This document shows positions 20,280-30,405 of a stretch of 64,000 nucleotides of DNA, piece after piece (the stretch's first letter is position 1; each line of letters opens with the position of its first letter). Under the pieces are notes generated by a model, which ran no database searches, was not told where the DNA came from, and saw only the letters and a list, made by a program, of their open reading frames with translations. The position numbers and the translations under genes were made by a program. The stretch is from assembly GCA_900768635.1 (NCBI GenBank), contig CAAGDP010000198.1, positions 9,565-73,564 on the forward strand, read 5' to 3'. Source of the DNA: Enterobacterales bacterium. GTDB lineage: Bacteria > Pseudomonadota > Gammaproteobacteria > Enterobacterales > Succinivibrionaceae.

Positions 20280-21341
20280 CTATTCCCGGAAACAGTTTTT
20301 CTCCCGTAGAATTTCCCTGCTCTCACAGATCTGATCTATTTTATTTTTAATCATATCCGGTGTTATCTTTTTCATTGCACCGGGCAAATGAACTCTTGTT
20401 CTCCAGGGAAGCTCCTCAGAAGATGTGTGATATTCCTGACGTACCAAATCTTCATAGACACTGACACACCATGATTTATCAAGATAAGGTCCTACCCGTC
20501 TCGGATCATGAGTAGCATACAGTCCTATAACCGGTACTCCTAATGCGTTAGCCATGTGAACAGCTGCAGTATCAGCTGATATAACCATAAAGCCAAGACT
20601 GATGCATGCCATACATTCGGCAAGAGAAGTTCTACCTGCCAGAGACTTAAGCTCCGGATATTTTTGCCTTAGATAAGTTTCACAATTCTTTTCCCGGGTA
20701 GATCGTCCACCCAGAAGCACTGGCTCCAAACCTTTACTGTAAAGGTACGCTATAATTTCGCAGCAGCAATCCCAGTCCCAGTCTTTGCTTTCTTTACTGG
20801 TACATGGATTTAAAAAACATACTTTCCGTTCTTCAGAAAAAAGGAGCTTCCTGGCCTTCTCAGTCAGATATTCCGGAATATGCAAATTCCAGAAAGGTTT
20901 TTCTGACATCTCCTGAGGGATTACCGCCTGAGCAAAATCTGCAAAAGCATCCACTACATGGCGTTTTCCTGAATTTTTAATCCTGCCTGTGCAAAATAAC
21001 CATTGCAGATCTCGGGAACGTTTCTTATCAAAACCTATTTTTTTTTCAGCGGTTACTGCCAAAGAAGCCATACTGGCGGAAAAGGCATACTGCATCATAA
21101 GCAGAATATCAAACTTCTGTCCTCTTAACTTTTTCCGCAGGGAGAGCACACCTGGGATGCCACCCTTCTCATAAGGAATAAATGTTACTTCCGGAAGAAG
21201 CGGTGATAAAAGACTTGCCGAGGCACTACCAATGATCCAGGTAATATCTGCTTCAGGATAATAGTGTTGTATAAGACGAACGGCGGCAACGGCATTGATG
21301 CAATCCCCAATGGCAGAAAGCCTCAATATACAAATTTTCAT
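20280..21341 (-). CDS. ADP-heptose:LPS heptosyltransferase, GT9 family (WaaC/OpsX/WaaQ-like)
   Basis: Start at MKICILRLSAIGDCINAV (GT9 N-terminal motif); C-terminal ...ISADTAAVHMANALGVPVIGLYA matches the heptosyltransferase donor-binding motif. Confidence 0.7.
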   Translation of the reverse strand: MKICILRLSAIGDCINAVAAVRLIQHYYPEADITWIIGSASASLLSPLLPEVTFIPYEKGGIPGVLSLRKKLRGQKFDILLMMQYAFSASMASLAVTAEKKIGFDKKRSRDLQWLFCTGRIKNSGKRHVVDAFADFAQAVIPQEMSEKPFWNLHIPEYLTEKARKLLFSEERKVCFLNPCTSKESKDWDWDCCCEIIAYLYSKGLEPVLLGGRSTREKNCETYLRQKYPELKSLAGRTSLAECMACISLGFMVISADTAAVHMANALGVPVIGLYATHDPRRVGPYLDKSWCVSVYEDLVRQEYHTSSEELPWRTRVHLPGAMKKITPDMIKNKIDQICESREILREKNCFRE

Positions 21342-21431
21342 ATATACCCCCCGAACACATCTCCCCATGGGGTTAACCGGTTTGTGGTAAAATCAGTGCT
21401 GTCATTATACAGCCGATAGAGTAAATTCATT

Positions 21432-22148
21432 ATGTTTGCATCCAAGGAAATCGTTTTACCCAAGCAAAGATTTTTAGTCAACAGCGATCTATGTCCTGAT
21501 TTCGTCCCGCAGATGTTTGATCCTTACTATTGGACAAATAAAAACCAGATATTCGGAACCTCAAAAGGACGTGGCACCACCTACTTCGTAGGAGAAGGTA
21601 ACAACAGATATGTGCTCAGACATTACCGGCGCGGAGGTTTTATTTCAAAATTTATTCAGGATGGATTTTTTTATCCGGGAAGGGAAAACTCCCGTTCCTA
21701 CAGAGAATTTCGCCTTCTGGATCATCTTTATGATTTAGGTATCAATGTTCCTAAACCTGTTGCAGCACATATCAGCCTTAACCATTATCCAATTGCCAGA
21801 TATGATATTCTGGTAAGCTATATAGAAGGCAGTCAGGATCTCTCCGCACTCCTTCAACATCGTTCATTAACTTCTCAGGAATTGCAAAAAATCAGCAATC
21901 TTCTTCTTCAGCTACAAAAGCATAATATTTACCATTCTGATCTGAACATCCATAATATTCTGCTGGACGGCCAGGGAGAAGTCTGGGTCATAGATTTTGA
22001 CAAAGGTTCCATCGAACCAGGACGCTTTACTGAAATGATCCTTCGCCTTAAAAGATCCTTTATTAAGGAAATGCACCTTAATCAGGGACATTTCAATTGG
22101 ACAAATCAGCAATTTGAAGAACTTACCGAGAACTTCCGTTTATCATAG
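21432..22148 (+). CDS. kdkA: 3-deoxy-D-manno-octulosonic acid (Kdo) kinase
   Basis: 238 aa; GTSKGRGTTYFV...VLRHYRRGG...HSDLNIHNILLDGQGEVWVIDFDKG...LRLKRSFIKE closely parallels H. influenzae KdkA. Confidence 0.85.
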   Translation: MFASKEIVLPKQRFLVNSDLCPDFVPQMFDPYYWTNKNQIFGTSKGRGTTYFVGEGNNRYVLRHYRRGGFISKFIQDGFFYPGRENSRSYREFRLLDHLYDLGINVPKPVAAHISLNHYPIARYDILVSYIEGSQDLSALLQHRSLTSQELQKISNLLLQLQKHNIYHSDLNIHNILLDGQGEVWVIDFDKGSIEPGRFTEMILRLKRSFIKEMHLNQGHFNWTNQQFEELTENFRLS

Positions 22149-23397
22149 TAAGAATGCCTTGCAGAGTACGATGGGTAGCTCCCTTACCGGTCTTAAGAAC
22201 ATCTCCGGCTTTCCGGCCACAGGAAATTCGGAGGTTGTCATCCGTCAGCAGGTTACGTAACTTCTCTTCCAGTTCCTTTTTACTTTCCACAAGGAACAAC
22301 CCTCCCTTCTCCTTCATTTTGAGAGTGAATTCCTTGAAATTATAGTAATGACTTCCCATAATCACCGGAATTCCAACAGCTGCCGGCTCCAGTGGATTAT
22401 GACCGCCAATATCTGCAAAACTTCCACCCATAACTGCCACATCACTGGCAGCAAAAAGCTGATACATAACCCCCATCTTATCTCCCAGTAATACCTGAGA
22501 ACTCCCATCAAATTCATCCTGTTGCGAAATTCTTGACAGGGATAAACCTGCGGTCCTGATTTTGCCTGCTACGGATGAAAAACGCTGGGGATGTCTTGGA
22601 ACCAGAATCAGCAGAAGTTCAGGAAAAGAGGCAAGAAGTCTGCTATGTACATCTAAAAAGATTTCATCTTCTCCTTCGTGGGTAGATGCTGCAATCCAGG
22701 TTTTACGGTGATTAAAAAAATCTCTGATTTCTTTTCCGGAAGATACCTGATCTGAAGGAGCACTAAGGTCGCATTTTAAAGATCCTGTTACAAGTATTTT
22801 TCCTGCACCAAGTTTTTTGAACCTCTGAGTATCTTCCTCATTCTGACATAAAATAAGCGATAAATACTGTCCAAAGAATTTATAAAACAAATTACCTATG
22901 GCATATCGGTCACAGGATCTTTCAGACATTCTGGCATTGATTAATACCGTTGGTATGTGGTGACGATGACAGCATTTAAGCCAATTGGGCCATAATTCTG
23001 TTTCCATGATTACCAGTGCCACTGGTCGTACTTTTCTTACAAAAAGCGCTATGGCATGCGGAAAATCCAGCGGAGCAAACAGGTGGGTAACAAAGTCACC
23101 GATTTTCTCAGCCTGCTCCATGCCGGTGGTGGTGGTAGTGGTAACAACTATCTGCAGATCGGGCTGCGCCTTATGAAATTCCCTGATAAGCCGGGAGGCG
23201 GCAATAGTTTCTCCAACACTTACCGTATGAAACCATATAACACCGGAAGTATTGGGATTATTTATGAAGTGATAAAAACCAAACAGTTCCCCTATTCTTG
23301 TTCCATAGGACTTTTTGCCTTTTCTGGGAAACAGCAGAATAAGGAAAATGAACGGGAGCGCTAAATAAAGAAAAATATTGTATATCAGTCTCATCAT
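22123..23397 (-). CDS. waaA: 3-deoxy-D-manno-octulosonic acid transferase (Kdo transferase)
   Basis: 424 aa; N-terminal membrane anchor, ...IWFHTVSVGETIAASRLI... and C-terminal GT-B block GGSF..IGGHNPLEPAAVGIPVIMG typical of WaaA/KdtA. Confidence 0.85.
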   Translation of the reverse strand: MMRLIYNIFLYLALPFIFLILLFPRKGKKSYGTRIGELFGFYHFINNPNTSGVIWFHTVSVGETIAASRLIREFHKAQPDLQIVVTTTTTTGMEQAEKIGDFVTHLFAPLDFPHAIALFVRKVRPVALVIMETELWPNWLKCCHRHHIPTVLINARMSERSCDRYAIGNLFYKFFGQYLSLILCQNEEDTQRFKKLGAGKILVTGSLKCDLSAPSDQVSSGKEIRDFFNHRKTWIAASTHEGEDEIFLDVHSRLLASFPELLLILVPRHPQRFSSVAGKIRTAGLSLSRISQQDEFDGSSQVLLGDKMGVMYQLFAASDVAVMGGSFADIGGHNPLEPAAVGIPVIMGSHYYNFKEFTLKMKEKGGLFLVESKKELEEKLRNLLTDDNLRISCGRKAGDVLKTGKGATHRTLQGILTMINGSSR

Positions 23398-23405
23398 TAC
23401 ATCTG

Positions 23406-24482
23406 CTACTCCAGAGAAAGCTCAGATCCGGTAAGGGAAGATATTTCGCCCAGAACCCGCTCAGGCTTAAGATCCCGCAGACATTCCATAGAAGAATGAG
23501 GACAAGTCCTTTTAAAACAAGGTCGGCAGTTAAGATTCGTCAGGTATACCGTTCTAGCAACAGCTGTCAGAGGAGGTGTATATCCGGTACTTGAAGATCC
23601 GTAAATAGCCACCAGTGGTGTTCCCACTGCGGCAGCCACATGCATTAAGCCGGTATCATTGGTCACGACTGCTGAGCAACTGGCAAGAAGATCTATTGCC
23701 TCTGTAAGTTTGGTTTTACCAGTCAGATCAAAACAATGCTTTTTTACTGTTTCATCTAGATTATTCAGAATTTCAGTTGCTACGGCTGTATCCTTTGCTC
23801 CACCGAAAATAAATACCGGTCCTTTGGTCCGGATCCAGGCGGAAGCTATCCGGGCATAATATTCCGCCGGCCACCTTTTGGCCGGACCGTACTCGGCACC
23901 AGGACATAATCCCAGAGCATGATCATATTCATCAATCCCTAATAATTTAAGGATCTCCCGAGCTTTATCCGGATAAGCAGTAAGATGGGGATAAGGAATA
24001 TCCTTCACATCCTGAGGACCGGTCAGATGAATCTCCTGAGGTGCATAAGTCAACGCATCATAACGTTGTACCATCAGTGGCAATAATTCCTTTCGGGTGA
24101 ACATCTGATTCAAGAGGAAATAGCGTTGCTCTCCTTTCCATCCTCTGCGTTCGGGAATACCGGCAAACCATGGCACCAGAGCCGATTTCAGGGAATTTGG
24201 TAGGACTAGACACAGATCAAAGTTCATTGCTCTCAGTTTCCGTCCCAGCCGGAAACGCTCACAAAGCTTTAACTCCCTGTGTTTAAAGGGATTAGTCACC
24301 ACACCGGTAACTTCCGGCATACGACCTAACAGGCCGCGACACCAATCTGGCACAAAAACATGAATTTCAGCCTCATGGTACCGGTTTTTAAGTTTGATCA
24401 ACAGGCTCTGAGCCATAACCATATCACCAATCCAGGAAGGTGCCACTACCAGAATTTTTCTTGGATCTTCTTTATTTTGCAT
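23406..24482 (-). CDS. waaF: ADP-heptose:LPS heptosyltransferase II
   Basis: ILVVAPSWIGDMVMAQSL...PDWCRGLLGRMPEV...VLPNSLKSALVPWFAGIP.R.GWKGE.RY.LLN and ...VVTNDTGLMHVAAAVGTPLVAIYG align closely with E. coli WaaF; start set at MQNKEDPRKILVV. Confidence 0.8.
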   Translation of the reverse strand: MQNKEDPRKILVVAPSWIGDMVMAQSLLIKLKNRYHEAEIHVFVPDWCRGLLGRMPEVTGVVTNPFKHRELKLCERFRLGRKLRAMNFDLCLVLPNSLKSALVPWFAGIPERRGWKGEQRYFLLNQMFTRKELLPLMVQRYDALTYAPQEIHLTGPQDVKDIPYPHLTAYPDKAREILKLLGIDEYDHALGLCPGAEYGPAKRWPAEYYARIASAWIRTKGPVFIFGGAKDTAVATEILNNLDETVKKHCFDLTGKTKLTEAIDLLASCSAVVTNDTGLMHVAAAVGTPLVAIYGSSSTGYTPPLTAVARTVYLTNLNCRPCFKRTCPHSSMECLRDLKPERVLGEISSLTGSELSLE

Positions 24483-25007
24483 TTTCTTTGAGTCCTGTAC
24501 CGGATTCTTTCCACACAAGCGGACAGATATTTGTCAGGAACCACTATCCGATTTGATATCTCCGTTCCCATAAGAAGCAGGAAAATACCGGATTGGAACC
24601 TTGTGGAATAAAACCTTTACCTGAGTTTTCAACAGTTTTTTTATTGTATCAGGAATAATCGCTCCTATCGAGCTGACAAAACCTGTCGTCTGAGATCGAA
24701 CTTTTCTTTAATAGAACTTCAGAATTCCTCAGCTCCTCATCTACGGAATAACATTATATGATTGGAAGTATGCCTAACCTGCAATTATCGCCCACTCACA
24801 AAATCCGGGATCTTTTTAATCCCCTCTACAGTATATCCGTGAGTGTGGATGTCCGGTGTGTTATACTTTTCACATTCAGAACGTTAACCCTGCTATTTTC
24901 AGGTAAAATGGCGCAGGTAATGTTAAGGGTTAAACTTTTTAAGCGGAAGTACAAAAACATGCAACGAAGCTGTTCTCTTGCGCTTGATAAACATTCAGGA
25001 AGTAGGA

Positions 25008-25871
25008 ATGAAAGCCATATTAAAAGTTAACAACTATCGACTGGCAGAGTTTTTTGCAACAAGACTGGATAACAAAACAAAGACTAAAGTCCGGATTCAG
25101 GAAGATGGGGAAAACAGCTATCTGCTTCTGGTGGATGAAAAAGACTGGGAAGTTTGCCAGAAGGAAATAATGAACATAGCTTCCGAAATGCGTCAGTTTG
25201 AGCAGAATGAGAAAAAAAATAACGCAGAAAAATGGGCTGCCAACCTGAAAGCCACCGGAGAAATCAAACGCGTGCCAACTCAGTTCTCCATTACAAATCT
25301 GAAACAAACCATATTATCGGCACCTTTTACCACCCTTATTTTTATTATCTGTCTTATAGTGTTTCTGTGCCTTGCTGTTAGCACGGAAAACACTTTTAAC
25401 CTTCTTAGTATGAATAATATTTCCACTGGTGACCCATCATCCTGGTACAAGCTGATCTCCCCTGCTGTTATGAATTTCTCCCTTACTCATATAGCCTTTA
25501 ACCTTTTCTGGTGGTACTGGCTGGGCTCCCGTATCGAAAAGGGATTGGGTACTGCAACACTTCTGGCTGTTTTTCTGCTGGGCAGCATTATTCCCAACTT
25601 TATTCAGTACAGTATCTACGGTCCTAACTTCGGTGGTCTTTCAGGAGTCAATTATGCCCTTATGTCCTATGTCTGTACTGTTACCTTCCTGCGACCACGG
25701 CAATACAGTGCAGTTATAATGGACCGAACGATCTTCACTGTTGCAATTGTCTGGGCTTTTCTTGGTTTCCTTATTCCAGCCATGGCAAATGGTGCTCACT
25801 TCGGCGGGATCTTCACTGGTATAGCCATTGGGTTATATGATATTTTTGTTGTAAAAAGGAACAAGATATAA
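25008..25871 (+). CDS. glpG: Rhomboid family intramembrane serine protease GlpG
   Basis: N-terminal cytoplasmic domain plus 6-TM core; HIAFNLFWWYWLGSRIEKGLG...GGLSGVNYALMSY (Ser) ...ANGAHFGGI (His) match E. coli GlpG; start at MKAILK with AGGAAGTAGGA upstream. Confidence 0.8.
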   Translation: MKAILKVNNYRLAEFFATRLDNKTKTKVRIQEDGENSYLLLVDEKDWEVCQKEIMNIASEMRQFEQNEKKNNAEKWAANLKATGEIKRVPTQFSITNLKQTILSAPFTTLIFIICLIVFLCLAVSTENTFNLLSMNNISTGDPSSWYKLISPAVMNFSLTHIAFNLFWWYWLGSRIEKGLGTATLLAVFLLGSIIPNFIQYSIYGPNFGGLSGVNYALMSYVCTVTFLRPRQYSAVIMDRTIFTVAIVWAFLGFLIPAMANGAHFGGIFTGIAIGLYDIFVVKRNKI

Positions 25872-26345
25872 ATGACTCCTGCAATCCAAATGCTTAAAAA
25901 GCAGAAAATCCAACACAAAATATATACCTATGAATGTTCTGTTGACCATGACTTTGGCCACCACTGTGCCTCCGAACTGGGTATCGACGAACATCGGGTA
26001 TACAAAACTCTGCTTATTCATCATGAAAAAAGCTATGTTACAGCGGTGATCCCGGTAAACTGTACATTAAATTTGAAACAGGCAGCAAGGATAGCCGGAC
26101 TTAAAAAAGTTGAAATGGCAGACCCTAAAGACGCGGAACGGATCTCCGGCTTTGTGGTAGGAGGCATCAGTCCTCTGGGACAAAAAAAGCGCCTGCCTAC
26201 AATAATTGACAGCGAAGCATTGAAACATGATGAGATTCTGGTAAGCGGAGGCAAACGAGGATTATCGGTGGGATTAAATCCGGAAGATCTTATTCAGCTC
26301 CTGTCTGCAAAAGTGGGCAACATTACTGACGTACATGAGGAATAA
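25872..26345 (+). CDS. ybaK: Cys-tRNA(Pro)/Cys-tRNA(Cys) deacylase YbaK (aminoacyl-tRNA editing domain)
   Basis: 157 aa; ...KTLLIHHEKSYVTAVIPVNCTLNLKQAARIAGLKKVEMADPKDAERISGFVVGGISPLGQKK YbaK/ProX-type editing domain. Confidence 0.7.
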   Translation: MTPAIQMLKKQKIQHKIYTYECSVDHDFGHHCASELGIDEHRVYKTLLIHHEKSYVTAVIPVNCTLNLKQAARIAGLKKVEMADPKDAERISGFVVGGISPLGQKKRLPTIIDSEALKHDEILVSGGKRGLSVGLNPEDLIQLLSAKVGNITDVHEE

Positions 26346-26349
26346 CAGA

Positions 26350-26847
26350 ATGAACGATGTAAAAGCGGTCTTCCCCGGATCTTTCGATCCTCTTACACTG
26401 GGACATGTTGATATTATCCGCAGAGCTTCAGATTTATTCAAAGAGGTAGTCGTTGCTATTGCAGCCAGTCCCAGCAAACACCCGATTCTCTCTTTGGAAA
26501 AAAGAACCGAACTGGCCAGAAATGCCTTAAGAAACCTGAATAACGTTACGGTAATGAATTTTGATAATCTTCTGGTGGATTTTTTACGCAAAATCGATGC
26601 GCATGTCCTGATCAGAGGACTGAGAAACACCAACGACTTTGAGTACGAAATGCAACTCAGTCATATGTACCGTGCGCAACTTCCGGACATTGAAGTTATC
26701 TATTTTCCAACTAAATTGGAATATACTTTTATTTCATCTACCCTGGTTCGGGAAATAGCCATCCACCACGGAATTCTGACCCCTTATGTGCCTCAGGAGG
26801 TGGCGGATGCTATTGCTGAAAGCGTCTGCCAGTCAGAGCGTTCTTAA
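26350..26847 (+). CDS. coaD: Phosphopantetheine adenylyltransferase
   Basis: KAVFPGSFDPLTLGHVDII (T/HxGH nucleotidyltransferase motif) ...IRGLRNTNDFEYEMQLSHMYR...ISSTLVREIA; start at MNDVK. Confidence 0.85.
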   Translation: MNDVKAVFPGSFDPLTLGHVDIIRRASDLFKEVVVAIAASPSKHPILSLEKRTELARNALRNLNNVTVMNFDNLLVDFLRKIDAHVLIRGLRNTNDFEYEMQLSHMYRAQLPDIEVIYFPTKLEYTFISSTLVREIAIHHGILTPYVPQEVADAIAESVCQSERS

Positions 26848-27660
26848 TTACTTCTGACAGGTTGAACAGAAAAATGTGGATCGTTGTCCCTGTCTCAGGG
26901 ACTGTACTTCTCCACCGCATACTGTGCAAGGCTGTCCGGTTTTACCGTATATTCTGAGGTTTCCTGCAAAATATCCCGGCTTTCCATCTACCTGTGCATA
27001 ATCTCTTATGGTGGTACCTCCAGACATAATTGATCTGGTCAGAATATCCCTGATTTCCGCCACTAATAAAGTACATTCCTGAAGACTTATGGATTTTGCC
27101 GGTCTTCTGGGATCAATTTTGCATAAAAAAAGGACCTCATTAGCATAAATATTACCCACACCTACCACAATTTTATTGTCCATAAGCGCCTGTTTAACAG
27201 GAAGGATCCTGTTTCGAAATTTGCTGAATAAATATCCGGGAGTAAAATCATCAGTTAAAGGTTCAACACCTAATGAAGCTATGACAGACAATTTGCAGGG
27301 ATCGCCGGTAGTCCAGAGTAAAGCACCAAATCGTCGCGGGTCGTTATAACGAAGTATCTCTCCTCCATCAAGAAAGAATTCATAATGATCATGCTTTTGC
27401 AAAGGGGTGCCTTCATTATCTATTCTGATATGTCCGGTCATACCCAGATGAATAATCATAGTTCCGGTGCCGGTTTTAAGAAAAATATATTTGCTTCTCC
27501 GGGAAAGCCCGAGAATTACGCTGTTTTCTGCCTCCCTTATTTCCGCAGGTATTGGAAAACGCAATCGTGGATTGTGAATAACAATACTACCTATTCTGCG
27601 CTGAAGAAGCTTTTGCTCCAAAGCACGTTTGGTTACTTCAACTTCCGGCAATTCTGGCAT
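26848..27660 (-). CDS. mutM: Formamidopyrimidine-DNA glycosylase (Fpg/MutM)
   Basis: N-terminus MPELPEVEV (catalytic Pro2/Glu3), H2TH, C-terminal zinc finger CTVCGGEV...FFCSTCQ; start set at MPELPEV. Confidence 0.9.
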   Translation of the reverse strand: MPELPEVEVTKRALEQKLLQRRIGSIVIHNPRLRFPIPAEIREAENSVILGLSRRSKYIFLKTGTGTMIIHLGMTGHIRIDNEGTPLQKHDHYEFFLDGGEILRYNDPRRFGALLWTTGDPCKLSVIASLGVEPLTDDFTPGYLFSKFRNRILPVKQALMDNKIVVGVGNIYANEVLFLCKIDPRRPAKSISLQECTLLVAEIRDILTRSIMSGGTTIRDYAQVDGKPGYFAGNLRIYGKTGQPCTVCGGEVQSLRQGQRSTFFCSTCQK

Positions 27661-27792
27661 ACAACACCACCTCAATATCCATTTATCCTCCGGAGCATAT
27701 CCTAAATAGGACAGTTGTCAATATAAAAGCCCCATACTCTCGTATGAGGCTCTTATAATAAATCTGTCACCGAAGGTAACATAAAAACAAGA

Positions 27793-27964
27793 ATTACTTA
27801 ATCTTGCCTTCTTTATAAATAACATGCTTACGCACAACTGGATCGTACTTTTTGATTTCCATCTTCTCAGTCATGGTACGCTTATTCTTGGTAGTGGTAT
27901 AAAAATGACCAGTACCAGCAGAAGAATTTAAGCGAATCTTTTCGCGACCACCTTTTGCAGCCAT
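27793..27964 (-). CDS. rpmG: 50S ribosomal protein L33 (not in supplied ORF track, <60 aa)
   Basis: Minus-strand translation [56 protein letters not shown] matches L33; 10 nt downstream of rpmB. Confidence 0.85.
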
Positions 27965-27974
27965 TTTTTACTCC

Positions 27975-28211
27975 TTAAATTTTTTCACCATTAGCACGCA
28001 TATCAGCTAACACTGCATCAATACCTACTTTATCGATAATGCGCATTGCTTTAGCGCTGACACGAAGCTTAACAAAACGATTTTCACTTTCAACCCAAAA
28101 ACGATGGAAGTGCAGATTAGGCAAGAAACGACGACGAGTCGCATTCTTTGCGTGAGATCTGTTGTTACCTACAGCAGGAAGTTTGCCGGTAACCTGACAT
28201 TGTCTAGTCAT
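27975..28211 (-). CDS. rpmB: 50S ribosomal protein L28
   Basis: [78 protein letters not shown], 78 aa. Confidence 0.9.
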   Translation of the reverse strand: MTRQCQVTGKLPAVGNNRSHAKNATRRRFLPNLHFHRFWVESENRFVKLRVSAKAMRIIDKVGIDAVLADMRANGEKI

Positions 28212-28708
28212 TTTTAACTACTCCAAATTATAATTCTACACTGATCAACTTTAGAAGGCCAACTCCAAAGTTGTATGATCAGAGTTCGTCAAAAAGATCA
28301 GATTAAAATAAGCAAATTAAATAAATCTTGCATCTAAAAATTGTCTAACTGCTTATTTTTCAACGATTTTTATACATTTACGGGATATGAAAAACCTACG
28401 TAAAAAACCGCCTATCTTCAAAAAAACCGTTGCATTATATCACAAAGATTAATTAACTACTACATGAAAAACGTAGCAATTCAGGAGGATTATTCGAAAA
28501 AAGGTTACTATTCACTCCCCTGATCCTTGTTGCCAAATTTTACTGATAAAATGAGTTTGATACCCAGATCTGGTTTCGTCCGCCGGCATAGAACTGTTTC
28601 TAGAACGGTAACTCCGTAATTACCGTCCGGCAACATATACAGCCACCCGCTCTTATTATGATTTCATGGTAATATATACTGACTTCCAATTAGTTTTTAA
28701 CAGCAATT

Positions 28709-29923
28709 ATGCAGATACTATTAAATAAAAAGATTCTTCTGGGGATCACCGGCGGTATTGCCGCCTATAAATCCTGTGAGCTTATCAGGTTATTTCAAAA
28801 AGCAGGCGCTGATGTTAAGGTCATTATGACACCAAACGCCACCAGATTTATTACGCCTCTTACCGTTAGTTCCCTGTGCGGATCTCCGGCAGTTATTGAT
28901 ATGTTCGCCACATCAGGAAGTGGTATCGATCATATTGAATACACCCGTTGGGCCGACCTTATGGTAATTGCTCCCGCAAGCGCCAACACTTTAGCCAAAA
29001 TTACTCATGGAATAGCTGATAACTTTCTTACTACTGCCGTACTCGCCACCGAGACTCCACTGTTGGTTGCTCCGGCAATGAATGTAAAAATGTACCAGAA
29101 TCAGGCAACTCAGGAAAATATCGATGTTCTTAAAAAACGCGGAGTTAGATTTTCCGGACCTGAAGTTGGTTATCAGGCTTGCGGAGAATCCGGACCAGGG
29201 AGAATGACTGAACCGCAGAATATCTTCAGAACAGCTGCAGAGTTGCTTCTTGATCAGAACAAAAATAAAAAAATTGTAATAACTGCCGGACCTACTCAGG
29301 AACCTCTGGATCCAGTACGTTGTCTTACCAATCTAAGCTCCGGTAAAATGGGCTATGCTCTTGCGCAGGCTGCTGCTGTCATGGGGTGGAAAACAACTCT
29401 TATCTCCGGGCCGGTAACTCTTGAAATGCCGGTGGGAGTGGAAGCTCTGAAGGTAAAGACAGCAGCCGAAATGATGGATGCGGTCTGGCAAAACTGTAAA
29501 GATGCAAACTGTTTCATTGGTTGTGCTGCAGTAGCAGATTTCCGTCCTGAAAAAGTAGCACCCAACAAAATCAAAAAGAGCTCTGATGAAGAATCTCTGA
29601 AACTGATTCTGACGAAAAATCCTGACATTATTGCGTCTCTGGCAAGTCTTGATCATCTCTATACAGTCGGCTTTGCCGCCGAAACAGAAAATCTCCTAAA
29701 CTATGCCAGAAACAAGCTTCACAATAAAAAGCTGAATATGATCATTGCCAATGATGTGTCTAAAAAAGACATTGGATTTAACAGTGACTTTAATCAGGCT
29801 GTTATTATTACCGACAATGGTGATGAAATTGCAATACCTCGAATGAGCAAAGATGATCTGGCTTTACGCATTATTAATGAAATCGAAAACAAACTACAGG
29901 GAAAAAAGAATGAAAAACATTGA
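28709..29923 (+). CDS. coaBC: Bifunctional phosphopantothenoylcysteine decarboxylase / phosphopantothenate--cysteine ligase
   Basis: 404 aa; N-terminal flavoprotein domain [15 protein letters not shown]-terminal CoaB domain ...[22 protein letters not shown]... Confidence 0.9.
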   Translation: MQILLNKKILLGITGGIAAYKSCELIRLFQKAGADVKVIMTPNATRFITPLTVSSLCGSPAVIDMFATSGSGIDHIEYTRWADLMVIAPASANTLAKITHGIADNFLTTAVLATETPLLVAPAMNVKMYQNQATQENIDVLKKRGVRFSGPEVGYQACGESGPGRMTEPQNIFRTAAELLLDQNKNKKIVITAGPTQEPLDPVRCLTNLSSGKMGYALAQAAAVMGWKTTLISGPVTLEMPVGVEALKVKTAAEMMDAVWQNCKDANCFIGCAAVADFRPEKVAPNKIKKSSDEESLKLILTKNPDIIASLASLDHLYTVGFAAETENLLNYARNKLHNKKLNMIIANDVSKKDIGFNSDFNQAVIITDNGDEIAIPRMSKDDLALRIINEIENKLQGKKNEKH

Positions 29924-30368
29924 TTTAAAAATCCTAGATGAACGACTGGGCAATGATTTTCCACTGCCGTCCTACAGCTCTCCAGGATCTGCCGGTCTGG
30001 ATCTCCGGGCTATGATTGATAAGGATAAAATAACCATTCATCCGGGAGAAACCATCCTTGTACCAACCGGCATGTCTGTATATATCAAAGATCCACAAAT
30101 CTGCGCCACCATCCTTCCAAGATCTGGACTGGGACACAAACATGGTATTGTACTGGGAAATTTAGTAGGTCTTATTGATTCTGACTACCAGGGTCCTTTG
30201 ATGGTTTCTCTCTGGAACAGAGGAAACAGTGATTTTGAAATAACCTTGGGCGATCGCATTGCCCAATTGGTGTTCCTACCGGTTCTTCAGGTCTCATTCA
30301 ATATAGTTGACAGCTTTGAAGAAACAGAACGGGGAACCGGTGGTTTTGGCCATTCCGGAACTAAGTAA
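29910..30368 (+). CDS. dut: dUTP diphosphatase
   Basis: [14 protein letters not shown]...[11 protein letters not shown]...[25 protein letters not shown]...GERIAQLVF...[10 protein letters not shown]; start overlaps coaBC stop by 14 nt. Confidence 0.9.
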   Translation: MKNIDLKILDERLGNDFPLPSYSSPGSAGLDLRAMIDKDKITIHPGETILVPTGMSVYIKDPQICATILPRSGLGHKHGIVLGNLVGLIDSDYQGPLMVSLWNRGNSDFEITLGDRIAQLVFLPVLQVSFNIVDSFEETERGTGGFGHSGTK

Positions 30369-30405
30369 CAAACACCTAAGATGCATCAGTCAGCCTGGTG
30401 CATCT

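Noticed and set aside
24758-25030. 90-aa ORF upstream of glpG (glpE slot)
   Set aside because: No rhodanese motif (no CxxGxR active-site loop), and it overlaps the better-supported glpG start region. Likely spurious.
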